Assembly (NCBI RefSeq): GCF_006345805.1
Contig: NC_043011.1
Location: 19,604,464 to 19,668,463 of the forward strand
Reading direction: 5' to 3'
Length of the DNA stretch: 64,000 bases
Source of the DNA: Octopus sinensis
Lineage: Eukaryota
A model generated the notes under the pieces. It was not told the origin of the DNA, searched no databases, and saw only the letters and a program-made list of their open reading frames with translations. This document shows positions 24,719-37,830 of this stretch, piece by piece. The number at the start of each line of letters is the position of its first letter. Position 1 is the stretch's first letter. The translations under genes were made by a program, and so were the position numbers.

Positions 24719-26267
24719 CAGACATACATACATACGTACATGCATACAGCATACATGCATACATACATACATACATACATACATACATACATACATACAT
24801 ACATACATACATACATACATCCGTACATACATACATACATACATACATACAGACATACATAAATAGGTTTTGTGAGTGGAATTATTACATATACAAATGT
24901 AGTTTGAAAACAAATAAAGATCTGCAAAATATTCAGACGGAATAACAAAAGACTTCGATTGAATAGATATAGAGATTGTTAAACTCTGTTTCATTGTCAA
25001 CAAACAAATATTTGTAAATGTAAATCTGATATATAAATATTCGATAAATACACAATGCAATTTTCCCAGTAGAAATTTATCTGAAATCAGTACAATCTAA
25101 TATGAAGCAATACACATACATAAATAAAATTCAAACTGATGGAAACCACATGTGAACCAAAATAAGCATCGATAGCTGGGTCAAATCTCTTGCAACATGA
25201 ATGCTACTATTGCCTGAAACTATTATATCAAAAGAAATTGGTTGCAAATAATTGAATAAAATCTAGTTCAAGACATGCTATAAACGTAAGTGGACAAATA
25301 CAAAATAAATTATTAACCATCAGAGAGAAAAGAACAAAACATCATTGTATGAATATTTGGACACAATTACAAAGCTTACTCGGTTGATTTTATAATGCTA
25401 AAAACAAAAATGGTACTCGATTTATTCTCAGAAAATTCAATATCATAATAGTTCAATCTATGAAATCATTTAGAATGTTTAGCTACATTTCCTACAATAA
25501 ACCTACAGAATATTTTTAAAACATCAGGATCTTGTACAATTAACAAACACATAGATTTGATAAATTTTTAAATAAAAAGAAATTATATCTGAACTCAATT
25601 ATTGATGACCAGTCAACAATTTCAACTCCAAAGCCATTTCATTCTCTTATTCTCATACGTATGTTTGAGGAATCCATATGAGGTACATTATCATTGTTAT
25701 AATATCAGTGTTCTTAAATTATAAAGGACATTGTACCCAATGAAAATATTCAAATATTGTGATATTTCTATAAGAAGCACCGAATGAGTTCTAATTTCTA
25801 TGTGAATGTAAAGAGCACAATATGAGTTGTTTGGCATATTGCATATCAGCCATGCAAACAACATTATTATGCTGTGTGTTACTTACCATTTTCACGATAG
25901 ATGTAACGATACATGGTACGAAGTACTGGAATTTAAAGGTGTTAATAAATCACAACAAATACCTCGAGCGAACCGTTAGGATCTCTCGTATTTTGTCCTC
26001 TAAAATGCATTAACAACTTTATGACAGTGCTAACACCGTATTACTCAATGTACATCTGAATAGTATATCGTATTGTACCGCAACATGAATAGATTATCGG
26101 ATACACATATTCCAGTATAGTTATTTCCTCTTCAGCCACAGAAACCAGACAACTGGTAAAAATGTTGTACTTTTACACGTCACTGCTTAGCACTGTCAAC
26201 TTGTATTTTATCTAAGGTGAGTCACTGGGTGGCGCTACCATTCACTGAAAACAATGACAGGGATAAC

Positions 26268-26500
26268 TATTTCTTTACTATCCACAAGGGGCTAAACACA
26301 GAGAGGACAAACAAGGACAGACAAACGGTTTAAGCCGATTTTATCGACCCCAGTGCGTTACTGGGACATATTTAATCGAACCTGAAAGGATGAAAGGCAA
26401 AGTCGACCTCGACGGAATTTGAAATCAGAACGTAGCAGCAGACGAAATACCTCTAATCATTTCGCCCGGCGGGCTAACGATTCTGCCAAGCTCACCGTCC
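26268..26500 (-). mobile_element. SINE family C
   Basis: Reverse complement of the 23351-23560 monomer. Confidence 0.9.
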
Positions 26501-26886
26501 TCAATGGCAGGAATAATATTAGAGAGATATGGTCTCCGTGTCAGCTCACAGCACCAACTTGACTCGTTTCTTTAGTTGAAGAGGAGCATAAGTACTCCAA
26601 AATACTTGCGTCCCACAGTCTAGTCAAGTGATGCCACAGCTCGAATCATGTATTTAAACCGATTTGTCAAGAGCGAGAAATTTCCTCCTTGAAAAACCAG
26701 GGTGAATGTCATATTTGCGGGTTCGAATATGCCTTAAGCGTATTTCAATTAATAACATTTTTGCATATATGCATGTGCATATACGTAAGATACAAAATAC
26801 AAAGTTATATGTGTATATACATATGCACAAGCACACATAATATATATGTATATTATTCACACACACACACTCAAAGTCCCACACAC

Positions 26887-26989
<103 letters not shown>

Positions 26990-26994
26990 TGTGT

Positions 26995-27294
26995 AGAGGC
27001 GCAATGGCCCAGTGGTTAGGGCAGCGGACTCGCGGTCGTAGGATCGCGGTTTCGATTCCCAGGCGTTGTGAGTGTTTATTGAGCGAAAACACCTATAGCT
27101 CCACGAGGCGCTGGGAGGGGGTGATCCCTGCTGAACTCTTTCGCCACAACTTTCTCTCCTTCTTTCTTCTGTTGGCCTACTCGTTTAGCCAGCGGGGTGG
27201 CGTCATTTGAAGGCTAAAACAATGTGAAGCGCATTGTTACCAGTGATGTGTAGCAACATATGATAGCCTGTTCAGTCACGGTGATCACGGTGAT
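26995..27294 (+). mobile_element. SINE family B' (B head, alternative tail)
   Basis: Homologous to 2481-2790. Confidence 0.9.
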
Positions 27295-28260
27295 ATATAT
27301 ATAAGTTAAAACAGTCAAGCTTTCACGTTATTTATTATGGTATTTTAACAAAATTAGCGCTTTCATACATAACGTACTTATCAGATTCCAAATATTTTAA
27401 ACTGACAGTTGAGTTCTTGGCAAATTTAGATTCTCTCACAGAAGAAAACATATTTGCGAAGATATCATGATTCGGCGCAAAACGAAACGAATCAGTTTCT
27501 GCGTAGACTTCAACGTAACGGGTCTGGGCTCGCCATCATGGTAACGCATGTTGGGGAAGCTGAGGCTGTAATGCCATCCGGAAACTGGTCCATGTGAGTC
27601 CAAATATTTGAATGCTTGCCTTCAGACAGTTGATTTCTGTACTTATTATCAGTGTTTGGCGATTTAAATAATAGATTTGACTGTTATTTCCAGCAGGTAG
27701 ACATACTTTGATTAATTTAAATCCTTCAGCTATTTAATGCTTTTATAGGGCCTGCAATCGTCTATATTATTGATTCTGTTAATATCATTTTTAATTGTTA
27801 CACTATGAGATCTACTATGAAATGGGAGAATGACCAACTCATTTGGCTGTTCAGGTTAAGAATATAGTGTCCCAAAGGGTGTAATATAACATCGAGGGTC
27901 AGCTCCACTGGTCCTTAGATAAACTGGAGTGGGGTGTGGGTGATTTTATTATAGTAAGCTTAGAGCCGTGGCTAAGCTAGGAGAGAACTTAATATAAATT
28001 AAGAATAAAGAAAGCAAAATTAATGGTGAAGAAAAAAATAAATGCATACAAGCCAATTAGGATCAGGTTACAGAATTCGCTAGCTAAGGCTAAAGGACAT
28101 AGAAAGGAGGGCGGAGATATACCGAATTTAGGAGTATTCTGTGGATAATGACTGAAATTTGGGACATAACCGGAATATCCTATTCCATGCTTACCAATCA
28201 TAATCCTACTGGTGTATGTCTTTTCAAGTACCTGATTCTATCTGAATCCTTTTACTATAC

Positions 28261-28297
<37 letters not shown>

Positions 28298-28306
28298 AAC
28301 ATTATA

Positions 28307-28780
28307 AAATAGGGTAATAAAACAAATAATTATTACCAGTGGCCTAGCAGAAAGACGAGTTAGTCATTAGACTATATATTTTTCGTATAGAAATATAATA
28401 ATTTCTATACGAAAAATATATAGTCTAATGACTAACTCGTCTTTTGTGCTAGGCCACTGGTAATAATCATTTATTTTATTACCCTATTTGATTATGCTTA
28501 AATATTGCTTGATAAATTTCTTCGAAAATTTTTTGCCGGCATCCTCTCTGTTCGCCGGGTATGATTTGCGTCTGCGCAGAGGTTTGAAAAGTTAGGATAT
28601 ACAAACCGTTAGATATACATGTGCTTCTAACAGTCTGTGCGTCTAGGATTACGAAGGCTTCCCACTGAAGAACTTTGCCTGGCAAATATATTCTGTGTGT
28701 TTGCTAAAAATAGGTAGAAACCGTTCGGTCTGGGATATAGCTGAGATGGTAAATGTTTTTAATTTTCATTCCTTTCATGA
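28307..28780. mobile_element. Hammerhead-bearing element with a terminal hairpin (arms ~88 bp, 28307-28489) followed by the rest of the monomer
   Basis: Near-perfect palindrome centred at 28395-28399; shares tgcgtctgcgcag and acatgtg (both 50 nt apart) with 19045-19473. Confidence 0.85.
28660..28735 (+). ncRNA. Type I hammerhead motif with long stem II insertion
   Basis: TCCCA-CTGAAGA-actt..(gcaaata/tgtttgc)..aggta-GAAA-CCG-TT-CGG-TC-TGGGA; GUC triplet. Confidence 0.75.
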
Positions 28781-29230
28781 ATTATCCCTTTTTGTGTTTC
28801 TAGCACTACGCTTTATCATATAAATATATATATATATATATATATAATATATATATATATTATATATATATATATATACATTTATGTATATGTATATATA
28901 AATATATAGATATACATATATGTATGTATTTGTATGTATATGCACACAAACAAATATACACACACTCATATGTATAGGCACACGCAGAGATATATGTGTA
29001 ATATATATATATATATAATTTTCACTGTATATTACGCAGGTATTATGTTGTGTATGTTGTTTCAGGTTTAAAGATAAGAAATTCTTGATATCTTCCATAA
29101 TTTGGTATTCTGAATTTTGTTCTAAGGAGGAAAGAACTGTGCAATTATTTTAAGGCATATTATTAATGAAACTTAGTGCTAGTATTCCTCATTTGGTTTC
29201 TAATAATTTTACAATTTTTAAAACAATTTT

Positions 29231-31376
29231 TTAAAATAATTTTTAGTATCAGAAACGCTTCAGGATTTTTCTTAATACATTTGTTTTAAATGATAGGCCT
29301 GACCCAGCGAACAAATATATTGATTAAAATATGTCATTGTGAAAATAAATTAATATAATATATTTGTTGTAGAAGTGGGGGAATATCTTTAGTAGTACAT
29401 GTAATCGTGTAGTTGATTCTAACTGGAGCTCATCATTTAACCAGCCCGCATATTATTTTTTGTCCGTGTTTTCCACAATTTTCTAAAAGTAATGTTTTAG
29501 TAACTCTACCATTTTGATTATGAATTGCTTTTAGAAAAGAACATTGAATATATATTTTTACTTCTTTACTGCCCACAAGGGGCTAAACATAAAGGGGACA
29601 AACAAAAACAGACTAACGGATCAAGTCGATTACATCGACCCCAGTGCGAAACTGGTACTTTATTTATCGACCCCGAAAGGATGAAAGACAAATTCGACCT
29701 CGGCGGAATTTGAACTCAGAACGTAACGACAGACGAAATACCTATTTCTTTACTACCCACAAGGAGCTAAACACAGAGTGGACAAACAAGGACAGACAAA
29801 CGTTTTAAGTCGATTATATGGACCCGAGTGCGTAACTGGTCATTGATTTATCGACCCCGAAAGGATGAAAGGCAAAGTCGACCTCGGCAGAATTTGAACT
29901 CAGATCGAAACGGCAGACGAAATACGGCTACACATTTTGCCTGGCGTGCTAACGTTTCTGTCAGCTCGCCGCCTTAACATTTAATATATATTTGCCGAAC
30001 TTTCAGAATAACTGTCTTATTAAAATCGGAATTTCTCAGGTTTGCCGTGGAGATTTTTTACCATTTCACAGTATTCCACATTTCTAAACAATGACTGACC
30101 GATATTCTTTACAGCTTTATAATCATGCATTCTTCTTCAAAGTCTACTCATCCACTCATAATCATTTCAGAACAGAAGCCATCGCTTATTATTTCGCGTT
30201 GGAGTCATGTATATTTTGAAACATTCATAATCACTATTTTTACACAATAACATTTTGGAAAATTATTATGCATAAATCGCAATTTCTGGGGTTTTTTTCG
30301 GAATCGTGATTATTAAAATGAAGAAGAAAATACGGAATGTCTCCCCCAAAACTACGTATTGCCAGTGTTTCAAAATGTGTTTCAATGTATCTTCAATAAC
30401 ATTGAAGATATATTATAAAACATGCTTAGAACTACGCAGCATAGTTAGCATTTAGATTACTCCCATTTGTCAAGCAATAAACTTAAGCTAATTGTTTATT
30501 TTTGCTTCGCCAAATATTAACTTTTTTTAAGACATGTTATTTGTAAGACATCTAGAAACCGATAGAAATGAAAAGTCAGTATTTCGCATTTGAGTAATAG
30601 ATGGGACACCATCAGTGGTATCTTGGCATCGCTGTTTCATCAGTTTACTGGAAAAGTCATACCCAAGCTGTTTACAGATTACACTGTAATCCACAGAGAA
30701 CATCTGGTTGGAAATAACTAAGTGGTAGACTTAACAAATCGTTGAACATTGTTATCACAGCAGAAAATGTAATCATGTAAATATAATGAAGGTCTTCAGT
30801 GCAGTTGCCCAGATTTTTAGTAAGTAAAGGGGCAGAATAAAAATTGATTCACGCGGGTTTCAAGATTAATTTTTATTAACTTTCAGGCTGACGTCGAGAA
30901 TCTGATATCCCTGCTCAATGGACATCTATCGCATTTAATATATAAAAACGCCGGAGTTACAGGTGACATGTAAACGTATTCTTATATACTGTAAAACGAT
31001 GAATTAAACAGGTAACTAGGTTAAACTTTATTTGTAAAGTTCCACAAATATATATTAAATGTTCTTTTTTAAAAACAATTCATAATCAAAATGGTAGAGT
31101 TACTAAAACATTACTTTTAAAAAATTGGGAGAACACGCACAAAAAATAACATTCGAGTTGGTTAAATGATGAGCTCCAGTTAGAATCAACTACACGATTA
31201 CATGTACTACTTAAGATATTCCCCCACTTCTACAACAAATATATTATATTAATTTACATTCACAATGACTGTTATTTTAATCAATATATTTGTTCGTTGG
31301 GTCAGGCCTATCATTTAAAACAAATGTATTAAGAAAAATCCTGAAGCGTTTCTCATACTAAAAATTATTTTAAAGC
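29231..31376. repeat. Long inverted repeat (~340 bp arms: 29231-30005 interrupted by a SINE, and 31030-31376)
   Basis: Arms are reverse complements at roughly 90% identity by eye; the right arm lies inside the hAT relic. Confidence 0.85.
29558..29975 (-). mobile_element. SINE family C head-plus-two-bodies dimer with 18 bp TSD
   Basis: TSD aacatt(g/t)aatatatattt at 29540-29557 and 29976-29993. Confidence 0.92.
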
Positions 31377-31482
31377 ACAGGTGTTTTGAATTCGCAGCGG
31401 AAAATGGTCTGTTTCTAATTGATGAGGGGAGTTTGGCCTGCGTGCCAAGGGGGAGAGTATTTGAAAATATTGGGAAACACTA
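30363..31482 (+). mobile_element. hAT (Buster/Charlie-like) relic
   Basis: IDGTPSVVSWHRCFISLLEK...VIHREHLV..RLNKSLNIVITA matches hAT TDGAPAMVG.H.GF.SLLK...HCVIHRQHL; putative TIRs cagtgtttcaaaa and ttgggaaacacta; no 8 bp TSD seen. Confidence 0.6.
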
Positions 31483-31610
31483 CTTTTATAAAAGATATCT
31501 ACTCATGACCATATGCAGTGAGATCGAACTCGGAATTACATCGCGGAGTTTGTTATGTGTATGTTTTTGTATAAAACATACACACACACAACACACACAC
31601 ACACACACAC

Positions 31611-31677
<67 letters not shown>

Positions 31678-31683
31678 ATATAT

Positions 31684-31719
<36 letters not shown>

Positions 31720-32495
31720 GTTCGAAGTTATTTGGCAGGCATTTTTGAGGTGATTAGGCTAATTATTTATTTTAGATATCACACATTAACTCTGAAATTT
31801 GAAATCTGTTAGAAGACATTCCTGTAGGTTTTATTGTGGTGTCAAAAATCGTTATTTAGATAATAAGTTTTCTGGCGCAAGATACGCAGTAAAGTTAATA
31901 AAGAATGGTGATAAATTCAAGTGCTGATATCGAGGCTTAACGTTTTCACAGATTTTAACAACAGCCATTCTTTCTTCTTTTTGTCTAAAGCAGCGAAAGA
32001 GAGTGCAATAAAAATAATTATACATTCTGTATTTAATCTGTAGCCATATGATGTCGCCTTTGTCGTTTTTATCAGTGTGTTCACCTCATAATTGCCTAAT
32101 ACTTGTTTTTGTATCCATTAAAATTATTTCTTCGTAATCATCTTCGTCAACATCATCGCCATCATCATGACCATCATCATCATCATCATCATCGTCGTCG
32201 TCGTCATCATCATTGTCATTGTCGTCGTCGGTAGTGGCGGCGGGGAAAGCCATTGCCGCCGTCAGTAGCGACAGTCACTAAGTCGTCGTCATCACTATCC
32301 CCATCATAATTATCATCATCATCATCATCATCGTTGACACTGTATGAGAGCTATCATTCTAGAGATATCACGGTTATCTTGATTGGATGGTTTAAGTTGG
32401 TAATGCTATCTTTCGTGCTTCCTAACCACACTTAATCTGTCCCACTCTTATTCATCTCTTACTGTAACTTCTCATTTCTTGATACGCTTATTGAT

Positions 32496-32530
<35 letters not shown>

Positions 32531-32999
32531 TTCTCTCTTTGTCTCTCTTTTACCCTCTGTCTACTTCTGGATGTGTATTTCATGTATATAATGTTCAAGT
32601 AGTATTAGAAATTATGTAAGAAGATTCTATGGCTGTGATTGTATGTGCTTGTGTATATATATATATATATATTGTGGGGGGGGTGCGGGGGGGGGTATGT
32701 GTGTGTGGGGGTGTATGTGTGTGTGTGTGTGCGTGTTAGTTTACGTTCGGAACAGTCTAAAGTTCAGCTTTATTCTTCATAATGTATCTCTTTACGACAA
32801 ATTGATATCGAATCACTATCACGACTATCCAACTGAAATATTCACTGCTGTCAATAGGTGGAACTAAACGCTATATATTGATAAAATTCGAAACCTTCAT
32901 TGGTAAAAATATGATCAGGGTGAATAGAATAAATTCTGAATACAATTGTGAATGGGAGACAGAAAGTTGTTAGTAGCAGCACATGAATACGCATTAAGG

Positions 33000-33600
33000 A
33001 CTAATTGAATTAAAGCTAAGACAGACAAAAGCAAGCGGATTCCCAATGTGGGTTATGAAAATCAAAAGAGGAAAATTTTACTCATATATTAAATGAATGT
33101 AACATGATTGAAAAGAAAGAATTCAAGAAAAGATATAATAAACTTGGGAGAGTAAGCACTGGTAGTTATGTAGAAAACTAGGATTTGACTATACTAATAA
33201 ATGGCATGAACATGAACGAAGCAAAGTACTAGAAAGTAAAAAAAAATGTAAGATGTTCAGGGATTTTAACATTCAGATTGAGAGAGTAATAGAAGCTAGA
33301 ATGCCTGATTTTGTGGTAGTAGATAAAGTGAATAGAAAGTGTCCCACATTATTTACAGTCCCACATTATGAAAAGATCAATATGAGAGGTATAGAAAAAA
33401 TAGCTATGTACCAGGACATAGATATTGAATTACAGAGGCTATGGAAAGTGCGGGTAAAATATATCCCATTATTTATGGGTGCATCGGGAACTATATCTAA
33501 GGATTTGAGAAGTGGATAGAGGAAATAGACATAGAACCCAGTTTAGTACAGCTTCAGAAATCAGTGTAATTAGGAACAGTTAGTATACTTAGGAGGGTTT
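33000..33600 (+). mobile_element. Old R4/Dong-like RLE-LINE 3' fragment
   Basis: DFNIQIERVIEARMPDFVVVDK...EKIAMYQDIDIELQRLWKV...IPLFMGASGTI, an RLE endonuclease pattern. Confidence 0.75.
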
Positions 33601-33666
33601 TTTGACATCTAAGTTTACTTGTTTGTAGCCCGATTTTTCTTTTCCAGCAGTCTTATGTGTATATGA

Positions 33667-33813
33667 ACAATGATGATGATGATGACGATAACGATGACGA
33701 TAACGATGATGATGATGACGATAACGATGATGATGACGATAACGATGATGATGACGATAACGATGATGATGACGATAACGATGATGATGATGAGGATGAT
33801 GATGATGATGATG
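33667..33813. repeat. (GAT)n with 18 bp higher-order unit gatgatgatgacgataac
   Basis: Direct reading. Confidence 0.9.
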
Positions 33814-34454
33814 CATCAGCCACTACCAATATTATCTGCACTGCATTCCAGTACCTTTTGCACTGACACACACAGTACTATCGCCACCAATATTCAACGC
33901 TGTTTTGGCACCCTTCTTTACCTCCGTCTCTACTATCACCAGCTCATTTGTTTCAATTTCATGAGCATCATAACCATCAGCACCATTCCTACAAACCAGT
34001 ACAACCACCAAATATCTGACACCAAAAACAACTATTTTCCCCAAATCTACCACTGCTGCTTGCAGTAGCACCACAAATGTGGTCATCACATTACATCGTG
34101 CCTGCCAAATGTTGCCGTATCGTTCATTGTCATGGACAACAGTAGTAGTAGTAGTAGTAGTAGTAGTAATTGTAGTGGTAGTAGTGGCAGCAGCAGCAGA
34201 GGCAGCAGTAGTAGTATTAGTATTAGTAGTAGTAGTTGTAGTAGTAGTAATGGTAGCAGTAATAATGGTAACGAGAGCAGTAGTTTTTTATTGGTATAGT
34301 ATGTTTTGTAGTAGTACTATTGGCAGAATCCGTGATACTGGTGGTTGTAGAAATGTTAGGTAGATAACTACTATTACTAGTATTATAAAACTAATACTTT
34401 TACAACAAAAACTACTACTGCTACGACTCCCACTTCAGCTAATATTCGGTGTGA

Positions 34455-34492
<38 letters not shown>

Positions 34493-35067
34493 TTACTACT
34501 ACTTCGACGATGACAATGACGAATGGAGCTTATAAAATGAAGTACTTCAAAATCCATATAACCCTGAAAAACCCTGGATAATCTTTGGTTGTGTCGCATT
34601 TATAAACTTCCATACAGGGAAAACGGATAAAAGGATTACGAGAACGAAATCTTCTTTGAAATAATATGTTCTGAACAGGTTATAGTACCAGCTAAGCTTC
34701 TTTGTCAATTTTAGAAACTCAGTCTCAATATAGAAATATGATGTATAAATCGTGGATTGCGGAATCCCAGTAGAACCAAAATCTCCCTAAGATAATGTGC
34801 CGTCTCAAAATTGCATGGGTATGTTTGGAAATATGACGCACAACATAGAGCCTCGAAGCAGACGGCATGGCCGATGCGGGATTGCCTATTATTATACGTT
34901 TCACTGAAGACTAATTTTCCCTAATTCATACGTGCAGTCACAATTCCCTCTATCTTTCTCTGTCTCTCTGTCTTTCACTCCCAATCTCTCTTTCTATCTC
35001 TCTCCTGTTCTCTGTTAACCTATCTATCTATCTATCTATCTATCTTGTTATCTATGTTTCTCGCAGC

Positions 35068-35125
<58 letters not shown>

Positions 35126-35136
35126 GATAGATAGAT

Positions 35137-35184
<48 letters not shown>

Positions 35185-35662
35185 ATATATTATTTTTAAG
35201 TATAAAATCTATATAAGATTTATCAAGTAGCCAGCGTAGACATTTGAGTAAAAAATTAATACAAATGACATTTTTTTTCTTAAATATAATCCCCCTTTAA
35301 TGGATATATGTGTGATCATTTGTGTATGCTCTTCTGGATGCATTGTTGTTTGTTTGTTATGTGGAGAAAATAGAAAATATCTATATTTTCTGCTTATGTT
35401 GTGCCAAAGATGCCACGCAATGAAACTGAACTCCGAACTATGCGGTTTGGAAAGAAGCTTCTTACAAAAGCAACTCCTGCGTCTATATGTTTATATTCAA
35501 CTCAGACAAGCTGGATGTATTACCATTCACCTGTCTCTACTAAATATCAATCATTTGAATGATATCATGCAGACATATCATTAGTGTTTTCAAACGATTC
35601 ATTAGTTTATTCATAAGATACAATAGAGTATGTTTCTACAACAATATGTAAATGTTTCTGAG

Positions 35663-35710
<48 letters not shown>

Positions 35711-37029
35711 TATAGACACAGAAGTGTAGTTTATAGGATAGAATAAGTTAAGATTCAACGTTCAACATTCATTAAATCTGCATCCAACCTACGAAGAACT
35801 GCGAATTAAATCTTATTTACTTCGATTGAAGGATGTTCAATGGTTGGCTGCTTTACAGTATTTATTATAGTAAGTGTTTAATGGACCTTGTGTACTGACC
35901 TGGCACATGTGTTCTTGGTACATATATGACGCGAAAAGTAAAATAATTGCTGTTGTTTTAAAATATACTGTCTTGGATTTGGTTAAATTGTTAAACATTT
36001 TTATTTGCTCTGTTTGCTTGAGTATTTATATCTTGATATATTCCTTTGTGACTTTCAATTACTATTCGAACTACATAAGTATCGTTTTCATTTAAAGTAA
36101 CATTCTTTGCCAAGTTCACTTTTATAGTATTTTCCCTAACACACTCTTCTATTCCATATTCAATCAATATCTCATTCTATGTCAATAAAAATGGCGTATG
36201 CGTTTTGGTAACTAAGACTTACACAGGTATGTTTACAACCTGAATTACATAAAAGTTATGTTTTGATGTTACTTGAAGTATTTTTCATAAAATACAAATA
36301 TAAATTCATGATTTCTCTCTTACATGTTGATGAAACTCTCTATTTTTAGGCAATCTAATTGTTGTTATTTTTTCTATTCTTCGAAACATGTTTATAATTC
36401 GTCTAATATTTAAAAATGCTTGTAACTTGCCTAGTATCCCCTTCTTTGTTCAATAAAGATTTTTCGCGGGTTTTATTTGACAGCTGGAATGTTTTATAAG
36501 ATATTTTGTTAGTTGCTTGTTTCTTTTGATTTTTTTATGTATTGTTTGACATTCCCATCACTAATTTCAAACTGAATTGTGTTATTGATCTTTGAAGTCA
36601 AACCAGATTGTGTTTTCATATTAATGAAGATCGTAATTTGTTTTTCAAATACATTTGGTTTTCAAATATTTTGATATAAAAAAAATACTTGTAAAAGAGG
36701 AGGAAAGTATTGAGATAGATTTTAGCAAATGTTTATTCCATTTTCAGTTGTAAGAATATAATCTCTGTGTTTACACTAAGGAATCAAACTGCTCATAAAG
36801 CAAAGTAATCTGCCATGATTTGCATAGAAATCAAACATAGCATTAACAGAGTATGACAAATGCAAATATAAATCAAATTCTTCATTGAAACGACTGTTAA
36901 TATCATATTTGAAAGAAAGTCTTGCTGCATTACAAGATGGGAAAGAAACAAATGCGTCTTTGTTTTTAATTGATATATTTAATGAAGATGCTTCCCCTCA
37001 TTATTGCTAACATATTCCCATCTAATTGG

Positions 37030-37830
37030 CAAATCTTTTTTCCTTCGAGCGTAAAATTATTTACACTTCGGTGCAAAGAAATTATGTTTAACCACTTCAC
37101 AATTAATAAACTATTTTCCATCCAAATAAAGTTGTGAAGGTTTGAAAAGAAGATAGCCAGATGGATCAAGTCAGAACATGTAGGACGATGTGGCAAATCT
37201 CTTATAGTTATTATTGTAATCATTTCCCTGAGTGACTTGCGCAAAATGTAGTCTTATTCTATAGTGTAACTGTAACAACCACTTTCTTCAGATTATTGCG
37301 CTGTTTCAAATTGATAATAATACTACTCTGCATTAACAGGTTTGGTTTAGCTTGCCACCAAATATACATAACGTTTTTCAGAGTGTAGTTCATGTTTGGT
37401 GATGGGTTCTTCGTTTTCTGTGAATGCTAATAATCGTTGATTTCGTTAAATATCTGAATAGAAACGACCCACTTTTCCTCAGCTCACTTGTGATGATTCT
37501 ACCCAAAAGAGGTTCGGGAGAAATCAATAATGCACGGAAGACAACTCTTTCTTTAAACTGAAAAACAATAAAATGAGAGGCACATTGACCAAGTTTAGAT
37601 ATTTTCCTAGCTCATGAAGGTATTTTATGAACAAGGGGACTTTACTAAAACTGTCTTGATAATTCTCATGCAGTCTGATTTAGATTTTCGTTAACTACTG
37701 TTTTAGCAGATAGTGACGAATCTGCGAGCGATAAAGATTTCCGAGCAAATGCAGCCAAACCATTATTGACATATCTGGACACTTGAAGCTTTGTTTCCAT
37801 AGACAAAGTGAATATTTCTTGCTGTTTCCG
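37030..37830 (-). mobile_element. Very decayed mariner transposase
   Basis: LLGRIITS..EEKWV (from RIITGDEKW), HELHSEK, and DLPHRPTCSDLIHLAIFFSNLHNF (from LPHPPYSPDLAPSDYHFFRSLHNF). Confidence 0.6.

Noticed and set aside
26112-26136. CTGAAGA-G-GAAA on the minus strand
   Set aside because: No stem II and stem I does not pair.
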